Position numbers and translations under genes: made by a program. 64,000 nucleotides of DNA from Bacteroidales bacterium (GTDB lineage: Bacteria; Bacteroidota; Bacteroidia; Bacteroidales; JAGONC01), in the NCBI GenBank assembly GCA_035342335.1, contig DAOQWY010000008.1, positions 21,722-85,721 on the forward strand, read 5' to 3'. Shown in pieces: positions 1 to 10,460 of the stretch. Each line of letters starts with the position of its first letter. Positions within the stretch are counted from its first letter, which is position 1. The notes below the pieces were generated by a model that did no database searches, was not told where the DNA came from, and saw only the letters and a list, made by a program, of their open reading frames with translations.

Positions 1-668
1 TCAAGCCGGAATTTGAAAAACCCATCGACGCGGCAACCTATGAGGTCACTATCCAGCTTTTTGAGAAACAGATGCAGATACTTCACCCCTTCATGCCCTT
101 CATCACCGAAGAGATCTGGCACCGGTTAAGGGACCGGGAGGAAACGGATTGCATCATGGTGTCGAGGGTGCCATCGCGAAAACGGATCAATCACAAAATT
201 CTTCAACGTTTTGATGATGAACGGGATGTTATCATCGCCCTGCGAAGTGTCCGAAAAGAAAAAAAGATACCCCAGAAACAGGCACTGGAGTTGTCGGTAA
301 AGAAGAACTTCGGTGAAGAGCCCATCACAGCTTTTGATCCCATTATCTGTAAACTGTGTAATCTTACCGGAATAAGCTATGTTGACGAAAAACCTTCCAA
401 TGCCCTTTCCTTCATCATACGATCCACTGAGTTTTACATTCCATTCTCCTCTGCTTCCGTTGATTCTGCGGCCGAGATTCAAAAATTGGAGGAAGAACGT
501 AGTTATCAGCTGGGATTTCTGGAAGGGGTGGACCGAAAACTCAGCAACGAAAGGTTTGTCAGCAGTGCACCCTCTGCAGTGGTGGAAAAGGAGCGCAGGA
601 AGAAAGCCGATGCCGAAGCCCGCATCAAGGTGATCGAGGAACAGCTGGCGTTGCTGAGAAGAGATTAA
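1..668 (+). CDS. valS: Valyl-tRNA synthetase, C-terminal part (truncated at window start)
   Basis: Frame is open from position 3 (KPEFEKPID...). LHPFMPFITEEIW anticodon-binding motif and C-terminal coiled coil KLSNERFVSSAPSAVVEKE. Confidence 0.96.
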   Translation, partial: KPEFEKPIDAATYEVTIQLFEKQMQILHPFMPFITEEIWHRLRDREETDCIMVSRVPSRKRINHKILQRFDDERDVIIALRSVRKEKKIPQKQALELSVKKNFGEEPITAFDPIICKLCNLTGISYVDEKPSNALSFIIRSTEFYIPFSSASVDSAAEIQKLEEERSYQLGFLEGVDRKLSNERFVSSAPSAVVEKERRKKADAEARIKVIEEQLALLRRD

Positions 669-704
669 TGCACAGTCTTCAGGTTCAAAGGTCTTCAGGC
701 CATC

Positions 705-1400
705 TTATTGCCGGAATACATAAGTAATGAGGTTCGCACCCATCCTGAGCGCCTTCAGGCGGGTTTCTTCCGAGTCTTTGTGGACCAGGGGATCTTCCCA
801 TCCATCTCCCAGATCACATTCGTAGGTATAAAAACATATAAGCCTTCCCTCGTGAATCAGTCCGAAGCCCTGCGGCGCTTTCCCATCGTGTTCGTGTATC
901 TTGGGAAGACCGGTCGGGAATTCGTATTTTTGATGATATACCGGATGATCGAAGGGTAATTCGATAAAATCCAGTTCCGGGAAAACTTTTTTCATCTGGG
1001 GACGCACATAGGCATCCAGGCCATAATTGTCGTCAATATGAAGAAACCCACCTGCCAGAAGATATTTTCTGAGATTCCGTACCTCGTCGTCCGGGAAGAT
1101 GACATTACCGTGCCCTGTCATATGGACGAAGGGATAATTGAAAATTTCCGGGTCGCCTGGTGAAACGGTAGCATATTCCGGATCAAGAGATGTTCCGAGG
1201 TTCGCATTGCAAAATTTTATCAGGTTGGGCAGGGATGTGGGATTGGCATACCAGTCGCCGCCTCCGCTGTATTTAAGCAATGCGATTTGGATCCTGGATT
1301 GGGAGAATACAGCTCCGGGACCAAGCAACGTGATGACGAACAGAAAGCAAATTCTTTTCAGCCGACAGTTTACTATCATAAAATCATTCATTTGAAACAT
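705..1400 (-). CDS. DUF4159-like domain protein with signal peptide
   Basis: Motifs GGGDWYANPTSL, YPFVHMTGHG, GGFLHIDDNYG, DLGDGWED. Confidence 0.85.
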   Translation of the reverse strand: MFQMNDFMIVNCRLKRICFLFVITLLGPGAVFSQSRIQIALLKYSGGGDWYANPTSLPNLIKFCNANLGTSLDPEYATVSPGDPEIFNYPFVHMTGHGNVIFPDDEVRNLRKYLLAGGFLHIDDNYGLDAYVRPQMKKVFPELDFIELPFDHPVYHQKYEFPTGLPKIHEHDGKAPQGFGLIHEGRLICFYTYECDLGDGWEDPLVHKDSEETRLKALRMGANLITYVFRQ

Positions 1401-2085
1401 TGATCATACTGCAGGCCACAACGCCCGCTGTTTCAGTCCTTAGCCTGGCTGATCCCAGGTTTACCTGTACAAAACCAGCATCACAGGCCTGCCGGATCTC
1501 CGGCTGACTGAAGTCGCCTTCGGGACCGATCAGAATCAGAACGCTTTCTCCCCTGGAATAATTGTCCCTGAGGTGACCATTCCGGAGATCGTAATGGGCA
1601 ATGAATTTTTTATCAGAACCGGATTTTGTGACAAATGAGTGAAACGGGACCGGGGCATTGAGCACAGGCAAAGTGGCCTTGATGGATTGTTTCAATGCTG
1701 CGATCATGATCCTGTTCATGCGCTCCACGGGTATGGATTTTCTTTCAGAATGTTCACAGATGATCGGTGTGACCTGATCGATTCCGATTTCCGTCGCCTT
1801 CTCCAGGAACCATCCAAACCGGTCGATGGATTTTGTCGGAGCAATGGCCATATGCAAGCTATAGGAACGGGCACCCCAATCTGTACAGATCCTGGTTACC
1901 CTTACGGTCGTTTTTTTTAGTGAATCCGAGTCAACGACTGATTCAAATAACATACCTTTCCCGTCTGTCAGATAAACGGTATCTCCTTTCTTCAGGCGAA
2001 GTACCCGTGAACAGTGCTTCGATTCTTCTTCACTGAGTGTATAGGAATCTCCTGAACGTATATCCGGCGTGTAGAATAAATGCAT
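1384..2085 (-). CDS. rsmE: 16S rRNA (uracil1498-N3)-methyltransferase RsmE
   Basis: HCSRVLRL, EKATEIG, IGPEGDFS, LGSARLRTETAG. Start moved to MHLFYTPDI (2085) to avoid overlap with the upstream gene. Confidence 0.95.
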   Translation of the reverse strand: MHLFYTPDIRSGDSYTLSEEESKHCSRVLRLKKGDTVYLTDGKGMLFESVVDSDSLKKTTVRVTRICTDWGARSYSLHMAIAPTKSIDRFGWFLEKATEIGIDQVTPIICEHSERKSIPVERMNRIMIAALKQSIKATLPVLNAPVPFHSFVTKSGSDKKFIAHYDLRNGHLRDNYSRGESVLILIGPEGDFSQPEIRQACDAGFVQVNLGSARLRTETAGVVACSMINVSNE

Positions 2086-2105
2086 CTTATGGCAGAACCG
2101 GATGT

Positions 2106-5015
2106 CTATTCGAGCATCAGCTTCCTGGTGGTTATCGTCCTGTCGTTGATGAATTCCAGCAGGTACAATCCCCTTGGACACTCTGAAAGGTCAACCTGCA
2201 GGGATCGTATACCGGGTTGTATGGTTGATTCCCTAATCCTTTGCCCCTGTAAATTCACTATGCGAAGCCAGGCTTTTTCCCTGACTTCTCCGAAATTTAC
2301 ATTTAAAAGTCCGGTTGAAGGATTTGGGAAAACGGTCAGCTCCGAGCTCTGGTCAGGATTGTCGATACCAACCGAGTTGTAAACGACGATGTTGTCGAGG
2401 TAAAGATTATTTCCAAAGAAACTATAACATTCAAACATGATCCTGATATCGGTTTTTCCCGCCCAGGGTGTAAGGTCGAGATAGCTGCAGGCTGGTCCTG
2501 ATGATCCGCCGCACCAGTCTTCGGCATTCTGAGGCAAAAATTCTGTGTTCATGGGTGGATGGGTGATGAAATTACCTGAACCATCCTCACCGAGTGCAAG
2601 TATCCGTGTCCAGGTTTCCTGGCAGTCATCCGAGAGGTAAACGATCAGGGAGTCGGAGATACTTGTATAATACTGTGTATAGGCATGCTGGAACGTCAGT
2701 GTAATGTAATCAAATCCTGAGAAGTCGAGCGGAGGAGAGACCAGCCGGTCGCGTTCCCTTAGTTCGCTATAGGATCGGATATCCATATAGGCAGCTTTAT
2801 TGCCCGGAGTAGTGCCTGATATGGTAGTAATATCCCAGGTAATCTTGCCATCAGGATTTTGGATGCTCCATCCCTTTGCGGTGAAGCCTCCTTCAAAATT
2901 TTCTTCAAAATTGAGTGGTGTGCCTCCGGCAGAAATGAAGTTATCTTTGGTCAGGGTGGAACTTCCATTGGGATTGGTTGCTGTCAGTGCAATCGTGAAA
3001 ACACCCGGGCTTGTGAAAACCACCTGGGGATTTTGTGAAGAAGCAGTGGTCCCATTCACGTACATGAAATCCCCCGGTGTAATGCTCCAGTTCCACGATT
3101 GGGGATTATAGATGGTCAGGTCGGTGATCGTGATGGTGTCTCCCAGGCAGACGATGGATTCTTCGACGGAGAAATCAATTTCAGGCAGAATGGTTGTGCT
3201 GGCGGTGATGTAATTCTGTTTTGTAAGGGTGTTGGTGCCCAGGGCATTGCTGACCGTCAGGCTTACGTCGTATGCACCGGCAATGTAATAGATGATATTG
3301 GACGGATTTTGTTCTGTGGAGACCGAGGGTTCAGCTCCTTCGAATTCCCAAAGCCAGGAGGTTGGTTCGTAAAGGGTCTCGTCTGTGAAATTGACACCGG
3401 TAGTAACCGGTACTGTGGTGATATTGGCTTTAAACTGCGGCAGGGGGGCTGCCGCTCTTTCCAGCATGGCCCACCACGTACCCCAGGTGTTGGCCGGACT
3501 TGAAGCATATTCCTGGAGGGTCCAGAAATCCAGACTATTACTTGGATCCACGCACGTTGCCGAATAATCGCCCCATCTGTTTCTGACATCACCGTATGTT
3601 TTATAGTAAGGAGCTGTGCCATTTTTAAAAAGATAGGTCTCCCTCAGGGTGTTCAGGGGATCATCTTCTGTACGCAGGGAGTAATTGGCACTGGCATACT
3701 GGCTGGAAGAGAAACTGGAATAACCTACCAGAACCTCATTGATCCCATTCACACTAAGGGAAGGGTAAGAATAGAACATGGTACCCGTGGGATCGTCCAC
3801 CCTTCCTCTCTGGATGATGGTTCCGTTTGTGTCCACCTGCCACCATTGCACCGAACATCTGGAAGGATTGTTGGCGGGCAAAAAGACCGTATGTGCGAAC
3901 CAGAGGTATCCATTTCTGTAGGTTAACTCATGGATCCTGCTGTCTCCTCCGTCGATGCGCTGGGATGTTCCAAGCTGAGGTGAAATATTGCCATTGTTCT
4001 GTGGATAATTGTCACCCCAGGGATCCGCTGCAGAGATGGTTCCCTGGTTCTCAAGGATGGGCTCTCCGAAAACACCGGGTTTGATGCGGTACTTGCGCAG
4101 GTATCCGCTGCCGCCAACACTTCCGTCGTAGTTGGTGATCAGGTAAATATTTTCCATTTCGGGGTCAAAGGTCATTGCAGGAGCAATAGTGAATCCATTG
4201 GAGGGGACAATCCTTGCATACCCCGGCTCGGGAACGCCGGCATACAGCTCATCCTTTTCAAGGACCCAGATGGCTGCATTCTGATAACTGTTACCTGCCG
4301 TGAACATATTACCGGATACCACGACCCAGTGTTTATTGAAGCCGATGCTGGGAAAATCACACCAGGTGTAATTCAGCGGATCCGAATGAATGGCGTACAT
4401 GTTCCATTCACCCATGGGGTCTTCTGAAGCCGAAACTGCAACAAATATTTCCGAAGTGGCAGGAGTTGAATTCTTCACCGTTACAAAGATCCACCGGTTT
4501 TCATAGGGATCGAACATAAGGTTGGGATCGAATGCTCCGCTGGATCCGGGCAGTTCACTCCAGAAACTGCTGAGCGAAACCGTCGAGAGGTTATTGCCTG
4601 CTTTATCCTGGATCCTGACCTCGGTGTTGAGGGTCACCATGAGATGGTTCAAACCCACGCATCCTTTGGTATCGGGAGGAATGGCGGTTTGGTTGTCGCC
4701 CACTCCCTGGAAATCCAAGGTGGGAGCCGGCGAACTTTCCAGTGGGAGTGTCACAGGTGAATCATCCCGTGGAGGTTCTCTGTAAATGACTTCATCGGGG
4801 TTGATGGGGAAGGTAGGAGGTACCCATAATGGTTTTGGTTTTTTTATCCTGGCTGTCGAATCACACGGATGAGCAGCATCGTATTTTTTGATCTGGTCAA
4901 AGTGTACTTTGACGTGCCGGTGAGCCTTACCGGATGTTTGCATCAGTGCCTGTGAATGCACGGCTGTTGCGCAACAAACCCAGATGGCCAGTAATAGAAA
5001 CAGACTTTTTTTCAT
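2106..5015 (-). CDS. T9SS-secreted protein: N-terminal beta-rich domain, two PKD domains, jelly-roll domain and CTD
   Basis: Signal peptide; PPDT...RWGDYS N-terminal domain; PKD motifs (PTSWLWEFEG...YDVSLTVSN); CTD VFPNPSTG...GLYLLEF...RKLMLE. Confidence 0.85.
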   Translation of the reverse strand: MKKSLFLLLAIWVCCATAVHSQALMQTSGKAHRHVKVHFDQIKKYDAAHPCDSTARIKKPKPLWVPPTFPINPDEVIYREPPRDDSPVTLPLESSPAPTLDFQGVGDNQTAIPPDTKGCVGLNHLMVTLNTEVRIQDKAGNNLSTVSLSSFWSELPGSSGAFDPNLMFDPYENRWIFVTVKNSTPATSEIFVAVSASEDPMGEWNMYAIHSDPLNYTWCDFPSIGFNKHWVVVSGNMFTAGNSYQNAAIWVLEKDELYAGVPEPGYARIVPSNGFTIAPAMTFDPEMENIYLITNYDGSVGGSGYLRKYRIKPGVFGEPILENQGTISAADPWGDNYPQNNGNISPQLGTSQRIDGGDSRIHELTYRNGYLWFAHTVFLPANNPSRCSVQWWQVDTNGTIIQRGRVDDPTGTMFYSYPSLSVNGINEVLVGYSSFSSSQYASANYSLRTEDDPLNTLRETYLFKNGTAPYYKTYGDVRNRWGDYSATCVDPSNSLDFWTLQEYASSPANTWGTWWAMLERAAAPLPQFKANITTVPVTTGVNFTDETLYEPTSWLWEFEGAEPSVSTEQNPSNIIYYIAGAYDVSLTVSNALGTNTLTKQNYITASTTILPEIDFSVEESIVCLGDTITITDLTIYNPQSWNWSITPGDFMYVNGTTASSQNPQVVFTSPGVFTIALTATNPNGSSTLTKDNFISAGGTPLNFEENFEGGFTAKGWSIQNPDGKITWDITTISGTTPGNKAAYMDIRSYSELRERDRLVSPPLDFSGFDYITLTFQHAYTQYYTSISDSLIVYLSDDCQETWTRILALGEDGSGNFITHPPMNTEFLPQNAEDWCGGSSGPACSYLDLTPWAGKTDIRIMFECYSFFGNNLYLDNIVVYNSVGIDNPDQSSELTVFPNPSTGLLNVNFGEVREKAWLRIVNLQGQRIRESTIQPGIRSLQVDLSECPRGLYLLEFINDRTITTRKLMLE

Positions 5016-5096
5016 GAGAAGGAAGAAGGTTTATGTTACGTATATCAAAATTACGAATATCTGTTTAATAAAGGTAAAACTGGACTTACATTTATG

Positions 5097-8000
5097 TCAA
5101 TCAAGCACCAGTTTTCGGTTCTGAAGAAAGTGATCCCCTTTGACCTCCACCAGATAAATTCCTTTTGGCAGATGGGCAAGATTGAATTGTTTTATAAGAT
5201 TTCCTTTTGGGTTGACAAGTTTTTCCTCAAGTGCAGCCTGCCCGGCAAGGTTCAGGATCTTCAGGCTGACCTCTGAGGGCGCATGATTTACCACGAGGGT
5301 AAATTCTCCGTTGGTCGGATTGGGAAACACGATAACAGAGACCTCTTCCTGTTGTGGCTGGTCGATGGCAACCGTGGTGAACAAAGTGATATTGTCGATA
5401 TACAGATTGTTACCCAGGAAATTGTACGATTCGAACCTGATCCTGACGTCCTGCAGGCCCACCCACGCTGAAAGATCAACGGTATTGCAATCGCTGCCGT
5501 AACCCCCGCCGCACCAGTCCTCCGCGCCCTGGGGAATGAATTCCTCTGAGGTTGGCGGATGGGTGACAAAATTGCCGATACCGCATTCTCCCAGTTCCAG
5601 CAGGCGGGTCCACGTTGTGCCGCAATCCGTTGAAATGGAAATGATCAGTGAGTCGGATATCATTGTATATTCCTGTGCATATGCATGCTGGAAGCTCAGG
5701 TAGGCGTTGACATAACCGGTCAGGTTCAGCGGCGGGCTGATCAATCTGTCACGCTGACCGGGGATGACATTGTATTGGTAAATATTGACCCTGGCTGCCT
5801 TGTCACCGGGAGTCGTGCCTGCTACTGAAACGATCTCCCAGGTCTTGTACCCATCGGGGTTTTGTATATCCCAGGAACGTGATGTGAAGGTGCCGGTTTC
5901 AAAGTCTTCGGTAAATGGCAGGAATTCGCCACCGACCATGATATAGTTTTCCTTGGTCACGGAACTGGATCCATTCAGGTTGGAAACCGTTAAGGTGACC
6001 GCATAGCTGCCTGGTTCTTCGAATGAGACAACAGGATTCCGGGATGTGCTGGATGTGCCTTCCAGGAAGGTAACCGATGCAGGCTGAAAACTCCAATCCC
6101 ACGCAATCGGGCAATAGAGGGAAGAGTCGTAAAACGTGGCAACAGCTTCGCCGCTGCAGAAACTTCTCACCGGGGCTGAAAAATCGGCCAGGGGTGTGAT
6201 GGCTTCGCTGACAGTGATATAGTCTGTCCTGATCAGGGAGTCGCAACCCAGGGAATTGCTGGTCACCAGCTTGACGGAGTAGATCCCTTCATTCTCATAA
6301 ACGATCCCGGATGGATTCCTTTCGGTGGAGGAAGGGTTGCTGGCACCATCAAATGTCCAGTGCCAGGAGGTCGGGACGCCCAGCGACCGGTCTGTAAAAT
6401 TAACCTCACAGCCCGCCGGTATCAGGGTTTGGTCAACCACAAAATCAGCGGAGGGGATGCCATGGTAGGGGGCTGATTCCCATAATCCGCGGCCATAGGT
6501 AGAGGCTTTCAGCATATCGCCCTCCGGATTGACCGGATCATAAAAAATATCGATCTCGGAGACCCTTCCGGCCACGGGGAAACCGCCGGAATACTGAATC
6601 CAGTCATCCATCGACAGATCCCTGTAATAAATACCGGCATCCGTGCCCAGATACAATCCTTCCTGGCTGTTTTTATAATAAGTGATTCCGCTGAAGTAAA
6701 TATTCGGCAGCGAGCCCGTTATGTCAATCCAGCCAAGGCCCCTGTCGGATGACCGGTAGGCGTGATTACCCTGGGTCATGTAAACCACATCGGGATCAAA
6801 GGGGTGAGCTTCAATATCGCTAATGGAGCTTGAGTTGGGGAGAAAATTGTTAAGACTGATCCATTCAACGGCATCTCCAAAAGCCTGGTCGGTGCGCACC
6901 AGTGAATTGCCGCGTGCGGCATACAGAATGTTCGGATCTGCCGGGGATTGTTCCAGTACATTGACATCTGCTGTTTCTCCTTCTGATATCTTTTTCCACT
7001 GGATCGTGCCTGCTTTGACATTGTCGCAGTACCAGATATTTTTATAACCCGCGAACATGGCGGCCGGGTTTGCTTCACTCAGGATAAAGGGGGTTACCCA
7101 GGCTCCTCCTTCCGTGATCCCGTTCACACCCTCTCCGGCGATCTGGCTTGAGTTACCGTGATTGAAAAGACGGAAGATGCTTCCGTAGTAAAGTGTCGCG
7201 TAGCTATACCTGGAATCCTGGTAATCAAAGGCGCACTCCATTCCGTCTCCGCCGTAGACATTCAACCAGGCCTCACCCGTGTAGGTCGAAGTTCCGTTAT
7301 CCTGGTATCCGTTGATGACCAGGTTTCTGCTGGTTGCACTCTGGCCCAGCCGGTAGGTCTGACTGATGGCAAGGCCATTGGAGATCTCTGTCCAGGTCCC
7401 GCCATCATCGGATGAAAAATAGATGCCTCCGTCATTACCGGCGAAAAGCCTTCCGTCGTGGGGATGATACTCCAGTATGTGGAGGTCGGCGTGGACAGCG
7501 GGCACTCCGCAGTCGCCCCACCAGTGGGATACAATGAACCAGGTGGCACCGCCGTCCGTTGTCTTGAAACAGTTGACACCTCCTGCATATACCGTATTCG
7601 GATCCTGTTCATCCACAGCGATGTCCAGGTCATACCAGGCCTGGCCTCCCTCAGCGCTGTCGTTGCATCCCCAGCTCATGATGTTTGGAGATGTGGACAT
7701 GAGCGCAAAGGAGTTTCCCCCGTCCGTCGAACGGAAGATCCCCTTGTAGGAAGAGGATGTCGTGGTGAAGAAATAGACCACATTGGGGTCGGCCGGTGTG
7801 ACACCGATGGCGCCCCGGTAACCTGCCGTGATGCCATTGGTTACCTGCGACCAGGTCTCGCCAAGGTCAAAGGAGGCAAATAATTTCCCGCTTGTTGTGG
7901 TAAAAACAACATCCGGGTTGTCGATTTTGAAAACAATGTCCTTATGGTCACCTGCAAGTGTGCGGTACCAGCTTTGTCCCCCGTCGATCGTTTTGTATGC

Positions 8001-8744
8001 ACCACCGCTGGTTGCCGCCAGGATGGTACTGGGATCACCGGGATGCATGATCAGTTTGCCAACGGTTTTGTTATCCATTCCTGAATTGGTGCACATCCAG
8101 GTGATCCCGCCATCGGTCGATTTCATAACGCCCAGACCTGCCGCATCACCAGCGTCGCGGTCACCCGTTCCGAGATAGATGACATCCGGATCGTTGAAAT
8201 CAATCACGATGGAGGATACTCCCAAAGTTGGCAGTTCGTCGGTCAAACATTCCCAGGTTTCTCCGTTATCGGGGGATCGCCATAATCCGCCGGAAGGTGC
8301 TCCGATGTAGATAACGTTGGGATCGGCCGGATCGAATGCGATGGCGTTGATCCTGCCCAGGCCCTGGTAACCCCGTGCCAGCGGCACGGTAAAAGGACCG
8401 AGGTTCACCCAGTCGCCCTGATTGTCGCGGTCACTGTGCTTTTGTACATAAGCTTGATATTCATTCCAGACATGATCAGGGTCGTGTCGGGTACCATCAG
8501 GCAGGATCCTGTTCTGTGCCATGTATTCCCACCTTTTGAACGGCTTCCACCCGCTGCCCCTGGTGATCTCGCGGTTGGCCCAGTAGACATTGAATGCCCG
8601 TTGCACATCATAGAAATTCGCCGATGGATCCTGCATCATTCCGATCCAGTAGGGATAATCCGTTGTATCTGGTTGCTGCGCAATGATTTCACGAAAGGAA
8701 ACCAGTGTGGCAATGAGTAAAAAGAGGCGTAGAAATCTTTTCAT
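5097..8744 (-). CDS. T9SS-secreted BNR/Asp-box (VPS10-like) beta-propeller protein with PKD domains and CTD
   Basis: Repeated S-x-D-x-G-x-T-W Asp boxes; two PKD domains; CTD VFPNPTNG...KGIYLVEV...RKLVLD. Confidence 0.88.
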   Translation of the reverse strand: MKRFLRLFLLIATLVSFREIIAQQPDTTDYPYWIGMMQDPSANFYDVQRAFNVYWANREITRGSGWKPFKRWEYMAQNRILPDGTRHDPDHVWNEYQAYVQKHSDRDNQGDWVNLGPFTVPLARGYQGLGRINAIAFDPADPNVIYIGAPSGGLWRSPDNGETWECLTDELPTLGVSSIVIDFNDPDVIYLGTGDRDAGDAAGLGVMKSTDGGITWMCTNSGMDNKTVGKLIMHPGDPSTILAATSGGAYKTIDGGQSWYRTLAGDHKDIVFKIDNPDVVFTTTSGKLFASFDLGETWSQVTNGITAGYRGAIGVTPADPNVVYFFTTTSSSYKGIFRSTDGGNSFALMSTSPNIMSWGCNDSAEGGQAWYDLDIAVDEQDPNTVYAGGVNCFKTTDGGATWFIVSHWWGDCGVPAVHADLHILEYHPHDGRLFAGNDGGIYFSSDDGGTWTEISNGLAISQTYRLGQSATSRNLVINGYQDNGTSTYTGEAWLNVYGGDGMECAFDYQDSRYSYATLYYGSIFRLFNHGNSSQIAGEGVNGITEGGAWVTPFILSEANPAAMFAGYKNIWYCDNVKAGTIQWKKISEGETADVNVLEQSPADPNILYAARGNSLVRTDQAFGDAVEWISLNNFLPNSSSISDIEAHPFDPDVVYMTQGNHAYRSSDRGLGWIDITGSLPNIYFSGITYYKNSQEGLYLGTDAGIYYRDLSMDDWIQYSGGFPVAGRVSEIDIFYDPVNPEGDMLKASTYGRGLWESAPYHGIPSADFVVDQTLIPAGCEVNFTDRSLGVPTSWHWTFDGASNPSSTERNPSGIVYENEGIYSVKLVTSNSLGCDSLIRTDYITVSEAITPLADFSAPVRSFCSGEAVATFYDSSLYCPIAWDWSFQPASVTFLEGTSSTSRNPVVSFEEPGSYAVTLTVSNLNGSSSVTKENYIMVGGEFLPFTEDFETGTFTSRSWDIQNPDGYKTWEIVSVAGTTPGDKAARVNIYQYNVIPGQRDRLISPPLNLTGYVNAYLSFQHAYAQEYTMISDSLIISISTDCGTTWTRLLELGECGIGNFVTHPPTSEEFIPQGAEDWCGGGYGSDCNTVDLSAWVGLQDVRIRFESYNFLGNNLYIDNITLFTTVAIDQPQQEEVSVIVFPNPTNGEFTLVVNHAPSEVSLKILNLAGQAALEEKLVNPKGNLIKQFNLAHLPKGIYLVEVKGDHFLQNRKLVLD

Positions 8745-8884
8745 TATCCAAAACTATATGACCAATGCAAAGGTACGAATTAATACACCATACATTTCAT
8801 CAGAACGGTGACATTTTAACGGATCTGATGTTGAGAAAGATAGAAATATCATTATCTTTCGAGCTGTCATTTAAAGAATTCCCC

Positions 8885-10384
8885 ATGCAAACCACGGAAT
8901 CGGCAACACTCATTATCCCCCATGAACTGGCCTATTTTGACCTGGCGCAGCTGTTCGTCAGGGAAATGGCGAGAAAGATAGGATTTATGGGCAATACACT
9001 TAATCAGATCGAGATAGCCTTGGAAGAGAGTGTGACCTTTGTCATGAAACAAACGTATGACAAGGAGGAAAGCAAAACCGTGGAGATCACCTGCCAAAGA
9101 TTGGTGGGAGGAATGAAGATCATTGTCAAGGATATGGGTATTCCTTTCGATCCAAACCAAATTGCCCGTTTCAACATCACTAAAAACATTGAGGACATGG
9201 AGACGGAGGGTCTCTGGATCTATATGCTGCATAAAGTGGTGGATGATCTTTCATTCAAGAACCTTGGCCATCTCGGTAAAGAGATCCATATGGTGAAAAA
9301 TCTGCCCCAGCCAGGATCTCCGCTTACCTCGTCCCAAGAAGAGATGGTGGTCACGGAAGAAACGGCGGTCATCAGGGGAACGATTGATTACGAAGTGAGA
9401 CGAATGTTGCCGGATGAGGCCATTGAAGTTTCCAGGTGTGCCTATAAATCCCACGGCTATTCCTTCTTCGACGATCATATCTATTATCCCGAACGACTGG
9501 TTGAAATGAACAGGAATTTGGAAATGATATCGGTGGTCGCTGTTACGACGGAGAACGATTTTATGGGTCATACGGCGCTGCACTTTCAGCACGAGGATGA
9601 TACCATCGCCGAGTTGACGTTTGCTTTTGTTAACATGGAATACAGGGGACTAGGCGCTATGAACAGGATGACCGAGTTCCTGCTGCAGGTGCCCAAGAAG
9701 CGGAAGCTGACAGGTATCTATGCGTATGCGGTGGCCAATCACGTGTTTTCACAGAAAGCCCTGAGCAAATATGGGCTGAGAGATTGCGGCATCCTGCTTG
9801 CCACCAGCCCCGCCTCCTGGAAGTTCAAAGGCATTTCGGATGATACTTCCCAGCGAATCAGTGTTGTTCTTAGTTTCCGTTACATGCATCAACCCACTTC
9901 GCTGATCCTCTATCCTCCGGAACAACACCGGAAAATCATTATGGCCCTGTATGAATCCCTTGGAGCATCCCATCAGTACCACCAGGTTGAATCACAGATA
10001 GTTTCATTCAAATCACCCGTATCTGTCCTATCAACAGATATGAATGAACTGGAAGGTTGCGGAGAGATCTTCGTTATGAATTTTGGCGAAAACATCCTCG
10101 ACGAAATCAGGAAAGCTCTGCGAAGCTTCTGTGTCAGGCAGGTCTCGTCCATCATCCTGTTCCTCAAACTTACGGATCCGGTCACCTGTCATTTGACGGA
10201 AGAAGTTGAGAAAATGGGATTTTTCTTTGCAGGTATCCTGCCGGATACGATGATCGGGGATGCACTTATATTGCAGTATCTCAATAATGTGGAGTTTGAC
10301 TATGCCAAACTGGTGATCCATCAGGATTCTACCAGGGAGATTTTAGCGTACGTAAGGGCGCATGATCCGAATGAAAATCTGTGA
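8885..10384 (+). CDS. RsbW-like HATPase_c domain fused to GNAT-like domain(s)
   Basis: N-terminus IEIALEE...KDMGIPFDP...VDDLSF (anti-sigma kinase fold); GNAT motif AELTFAFVNMEYRGLG. Start MQTTES chosen; the ORF is open from 8765. Confidence 0.75.
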   Translation: MQTTESATLIIPHELAYFDLAQLFVREMARKIGFMGNTLNQIEIALEESVTFVMKQTYDKEESKTVEITCQRLVGGMKIIVKDMGIPFDPNQIARFNITKNIEDMETEGLWIYMLHKVVDDLSFKNLGHLGKEIHMVKNLPQPGSPLTSSQEEMVVTEETAVIRGTIDYEVRRMLPDEAIEVSRCAYKSHGYSFFDDHIYYPERLVEMNRNLEMISVVAVTTENDFMGHTALHFQHEDDTIAELTFAFVNMEYRGLGAMNRMTEFLLQVPKKRKLTGIYAYAVANHVFSQKALSKYGLRDCGILLATSPASWKFKGISDDTSQRISVVLSFRYMHQPTSLILYPPEQHRKIIMALYESLGASHQYHQVESQIVSFKSPVSVLSTDMNELEGCGEIFVMNFGENILDEIRKALRSFCVRQVSSIILFLKLTDPVTCHLTEEVEKMGFFFAGILPDTMIGDALILQYLNNVEFDYAKLVIHQDSTREILAYVRAHDPNENL

Positions 10385-10385
10385 A

Positions 10386-10452
10386 AATCCCGAAGGGATT
10401 GAATGTATATAGAAAAGCAATCCGGTGAATCATATCGATGCCGAAGGCATCG
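10386..10452. repeat. Pair of GAA-triloop hairpins (REP-like) between convergent genes
   Basis: AATCCC-GAA-GGGATT at 10386-10400 and CGATGCC-GAA-GGCATCG at 10436-10452. Confidence 0.6.
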
Positions 10453-10460
10453 TACATTAA

